DNA of 32,000 nt from Candidatus Methylomirabilis oxygeniifera (lineage in GTDB: Bacteria > Methylomirabilota > Methylomirabilia > Methylomirabilales > Methylomirabilaceae), in assembly GCA_000091165.1 (NCBI GenBank), contig FP565575.1:1530001-1562000 (forward strand). The letters are read 5' to 3'. Under the pieces are notes generated by a model. That model was given only the letters and a program-made list of their open reading frames with translations. It did no database searches and was not told the DNA's origin. This document shows, piece by piece, positions 29,895 to 32,000 of this stretch; positions within the stretch are counted from its first letter, which is position 1; every line of letters begins with the position of its first letter. The position numbers and the translations under genes were made by a program.

Positions 29895-30902
29895 TTAGGA
29901 CAGGACGGCTGGAGATGGGGAAAAATTTGCCGCAGTACTCAAGCCATCGGTATGGGCGGAGTCCACCAGAAGCCGCCGATCGACAAGATAGACACTACCC
30001 GGTTTGGCCTTCGCGGCAGTCTTCAGTTCGGCGGCGCGGGCAACGAGCTGACCCACATGTTCAAAGCCCCGCCCCTCGCTCGGAACGACGGCAATAGATA
30101 GCGTCATAAGCGGAAAGCGGCAGAGGCGATTCTGGCGGTCCTTCAGGAGCAGAGATCCCTGACGACGATCAGTCTCATCATAGAGGGAAGGCGCGATCAG
30201 ATCGAAATTTGCGATGATCTCCCGACAGGCCGATTCGATCTGCGGCATCGGCAGGATCACAACAAAGTCATCCCCTCCGATATGTCCGACAAAACCGGAT
30301 CCCGACCCCAGGTTCACAACAGCGTTCAAGACGATTCGCGCCGTCATCCTGAGTGCGTCATCGCCCCTGGCAAAGCCGTACCGATCGTTGTACGCCTTGA
30401 ACGAGTCAATGTCGAGATAGGCCAACGCAAAGGCCTGATCGGCGTCAAGCCGCCGTTGAATTTCTTGAAGAATGGTGTTGTTTCCGGGTAGGCGGGTCAG
30501 CGGGTTGGCATCAAGTTCGAGATTTGATCGCAGGAGGCAGAGACGACTCCTGATGCACACCTCTTGCGGGCTGACGGGCGCCGCAACAAAATCGCTAAGC
30601 TGAAGCTCCGCCCACGTATCGACCCGCTCGTCGGCCCCGGTCTGGAGCAGCAGGATCATCGGAAGCTGGCGGAACACCGGATCGGCTCGGATGAGCCTCG
30701 CGATCCTCTCTCCCTCCGAGGCGGACAGGTCATCGCTCAGGATCATGAGATCCGGGGGATCGGCATACATCTCGTACAGCGCCTGGCAAGGATTGCTTGG
30801 CGTCTTCACCTCGAAGCCTTCCCGCATCAGACGCTCGACCGCCTCATGAGGCAGAGAGGGATCGACTCGAATGAACAGAATCTTTGCGCTGTGGTCCGTC
30901 AT
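29895..30902 (-). CDS. GGDEF-domain protein with receiver-like N-terminus (degenerate GGDDF motif)
   Basis: 'ANPLTRLPGNNTILQEIQRRL...ALAYLDIDSFKAYNDRYGFARGDDALRMTARIV...GFVGHIGGDDFVVILP'. Confidence 0.88.
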   Translation of the reverse strand: MTDHSAKILFIRVDPSLPHEAVERLMREGFEVKTPSNPCQALYEMYADPPDLMILSDDLSASEGERIARLIRADPVFRQLPMILLLQTGADERVDTWAELQLSDFVAAPVSPQEVCIRSRLCLLRSNLELDANPLTRLPGNNTILQEIQRRLDADQAFALAYLDIDSFKAYNDRYGFARGDDALRMTARIVLNAVVNLGSGSGFVGHIGGDDFVVILPMPQIESACREIIANFDLIAPSLYDETDRRQGSLLLKDRQNRLCRFPLMTLSIAVVPSEGRGFEHVGQLVARAAELKTAAKAKPGSVYLVDRRLLVDSAHTDGLSTAANFSPSPAVLS

Positions 30903-30914
30903 ATCGCTGAATAC

Positions 30915-31760
30915 TCAGGCAAAGGCCATGGTAATCTCTTGCTCGTCAACCTCGCTCAGCGCCTCCTCGACCTGCCCCATTGTCAGACCAAGACGATTCC
31001 ACGCTGCATGGGAGAGCGGGGGAACCTTCGCGTCTCCCGAATCTCCGATACTCGCAGCAATGCAGAGAATATCGGCCAAATGAACAATGGCAGTCGTAAG
31101 CGTGGCCTCTCGGGCGAGGTGCGGGACGTGATGAAACGCGATGGGCTCTACCAGCTTTTCCGGCAAACTCCATCGCTCAAGCAACCATCGGCCGATCTGG
31201 GCGTGGGTTGCGCCCACCACCTCCGCCTCCGCCTCGTGCATGAGGAGATGCCGCTTCCTTGCGACTTCCACAATTGCAGTAAACTCCCCAGGCAGCGTGG
31301 CGCAGAGGGCGATCTTGCCCAGGTCGTGCAGCAACCCCGCCACTACCGCCTCTTCTGGTTCGTGAAGTCCCACCTTCCTGGCCAGGACACCCGCGACCCG
31401 AGCGGTCCCGATCGAGTGGTCCCACAGATGCTTGCGATCCAGACCGTCCCCTCCCCCTTGCTGAAGAAGATCGAAGACAGACGCGCTCATGGCGAGCCCC
31501 TTGACCACGTTAAACCCCAGAAGTACCGTAGCATGCGTAATCGTCGACACGCGGCGTGAAAAGCCGTAGAAGGTGGAATTGACTAATTTGAGGACCCTGG
31601 CCGAGAGTACCTGATCTTTCGCGATGATCCGTCCCACATCGGCGGCAGAGGTATCGGGGCTTTCGACCATCGAGGCGATCTTGGTGACAACCTGCGGTAG
31701 CGTGGGAAGGGTAGTAATCCGCTCGATCTTCGCTCGCAGGATCTCCGGTGTCATGGTCAT
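30915..31760 (-). CDS. HDOD-domain signalling protein
   Basis: 'MTMTPEILRAKIERITTLPTLPQVVTKIASMVESPDTSAADVGRIIAKDQVLSARVLKLVNSTFYGF...HSIGTARVAGVLARKVGLHEPEEAVVAGLLHDLGKIAL'. Start reassigned from 31871 to ATG 31760 (ATGA overlap with the upstream stop). Confidence 0.92.
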   Translation of the reverse strand: MTMTPEILRAKIERITTLPTLPQVVTKIASMVESPDTSAADVGRIIAKDQVLSARVLKLVNSTFYGFSRRVSTITHATVLLGFNVVKGLAMSASVFDLLQQGGGDGLDRKHLWDHSIGTARVAGVLARKVGLHEPEEAVVAGLLHDLGKIALCATLPGEFTAIVEVARKRHLLMHEAEAEVVGATHAQIGRWLLERWSLPEKLVEPIAFHHVPHLAREATLTTAIVHLADILCIAASIGDSGDAKVPPLSHAAWNRLGLTMGQVEEALSEVDEQEITMAFA

Positions 31761-32000
31761 CGATAGGTCTCGCCGCTGGCACGACTCCGAATGCGTTTTC
31801 GCACGATGGCCTGGATCTGTTGCATCAGCGGGTCGTGTTGCACGTGAGCGAACCGACGTTCCAGCGCCCACTCCATCCGCTTCGCCGTCTCTGCCGACAA
31901 CATGCCTTCGTCGGGCCCTTCCGCCTCCACCCAGACCTGTGCAACGCCCTGATCTGCCAGTCGTTCGATCATCCGCCCGGTCATGGATACTCCCGGCGCC
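31757..32000 (-). CDS. Partial ORF running off the right edge; C-terminus of a signalling-type protein of uncertain family
   Basis: Minus frame open to the window end, '...APGVSMTGRMIERLADQGVAQVWVEAEGPDEGMLSAETAKRMEWALERRF...'. Stop at 31757-31759 overlaps the HDOD start. Confidence 0.55.
   Translation of the reverse strand, partial: APGVSMTGRMIERLADQGVAQVWVEAEGPDEGMLSAETAKRMEWALERRFAHVQHDPLMQQIQAIVRKRIRSRASGETYR

Noticed and set aside
30564-31559. 331-aa plus-strand ORF opposite the GGDEF/HDOD genes
   Set aside because: Spans two well-supported minus-strand genes; shadow ORF.
1-32000. Anti-phage defence, BGC, retron or transposase-type systems and tRNA/rRNA genes
   Set aside because: No reverse transcriptase, Cas, transposase, restriction-modification pair, rRNA or tRNA signature was recognised; Uma2 and truncated TumE-like ORFs alone do not justify a defence-island call.

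Overview
Roughly two-thirds of this 32 kb window is two large minus-strand blocks that look like a surface/flagellar glycosylation locus followed by a flagellar structural operon. The gene content is compatible with an NC10/Nitrospirota-like environmental bacterium, but I cannot assign taxonomy. (1) 1-8625(-): one uninterrupted minus-strand reading frame that runs off the left edge of the window, at least 2875 codons. It is absent from the supplied ORF track, probably because it has no stop inside the window. I read the frame line by line (plus-strand triplets starting at positions = 1 mod 3) and found no TTA/CTA/TCA. It reads as a modular protein: GT-B-like domain, SAM methyltransferase, TPRs, GT2, GT4, TPRs, GT2, GT2, GT2, and a degenerate GT2-like module. 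It contains a 914-bp, apparently 100% identical, in-frame direct repeat (2746-3659 = 5671-6584, offset 2925). (2) 8622-15725(-): a SAM methyltransferase and a pseudaminic-acid cassette pseI / formyltransferase / pseG / pseF / pseC / pseB, with several ATGA overlaps. No pseH-type acetyltransferase is visible; a formyltransferase-family ORF occupies the region instead. (3) 15.7-20.4 kb: an accessory interval with a pentapeptide-repeat lipoprotein, three Uma2-family ORFs (two from a recent segmental duplication), a TumA/TumE-like pair with a truncated toxin, and two ~130-bp imperfect terminal-inverted-repeat elements in opposite orientation. (4) 20.4-29.8 kb(-): csrA, fliW, flgL, a hemerythrin-like ORF, flgK, flgN, flgM, flgJ (rod-binding domain only), flgI, flgH, flgA, flgG, flgF. 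(5) 29.9-32 kb(-): a degenerate GGDEF protein, an HDOD protein and a partial ORF. Best candidate for something undescribed: the giant, internally duplicating glycosyltransferase/methyltransferase ORF coupled to the pseudaminic-acid operon.
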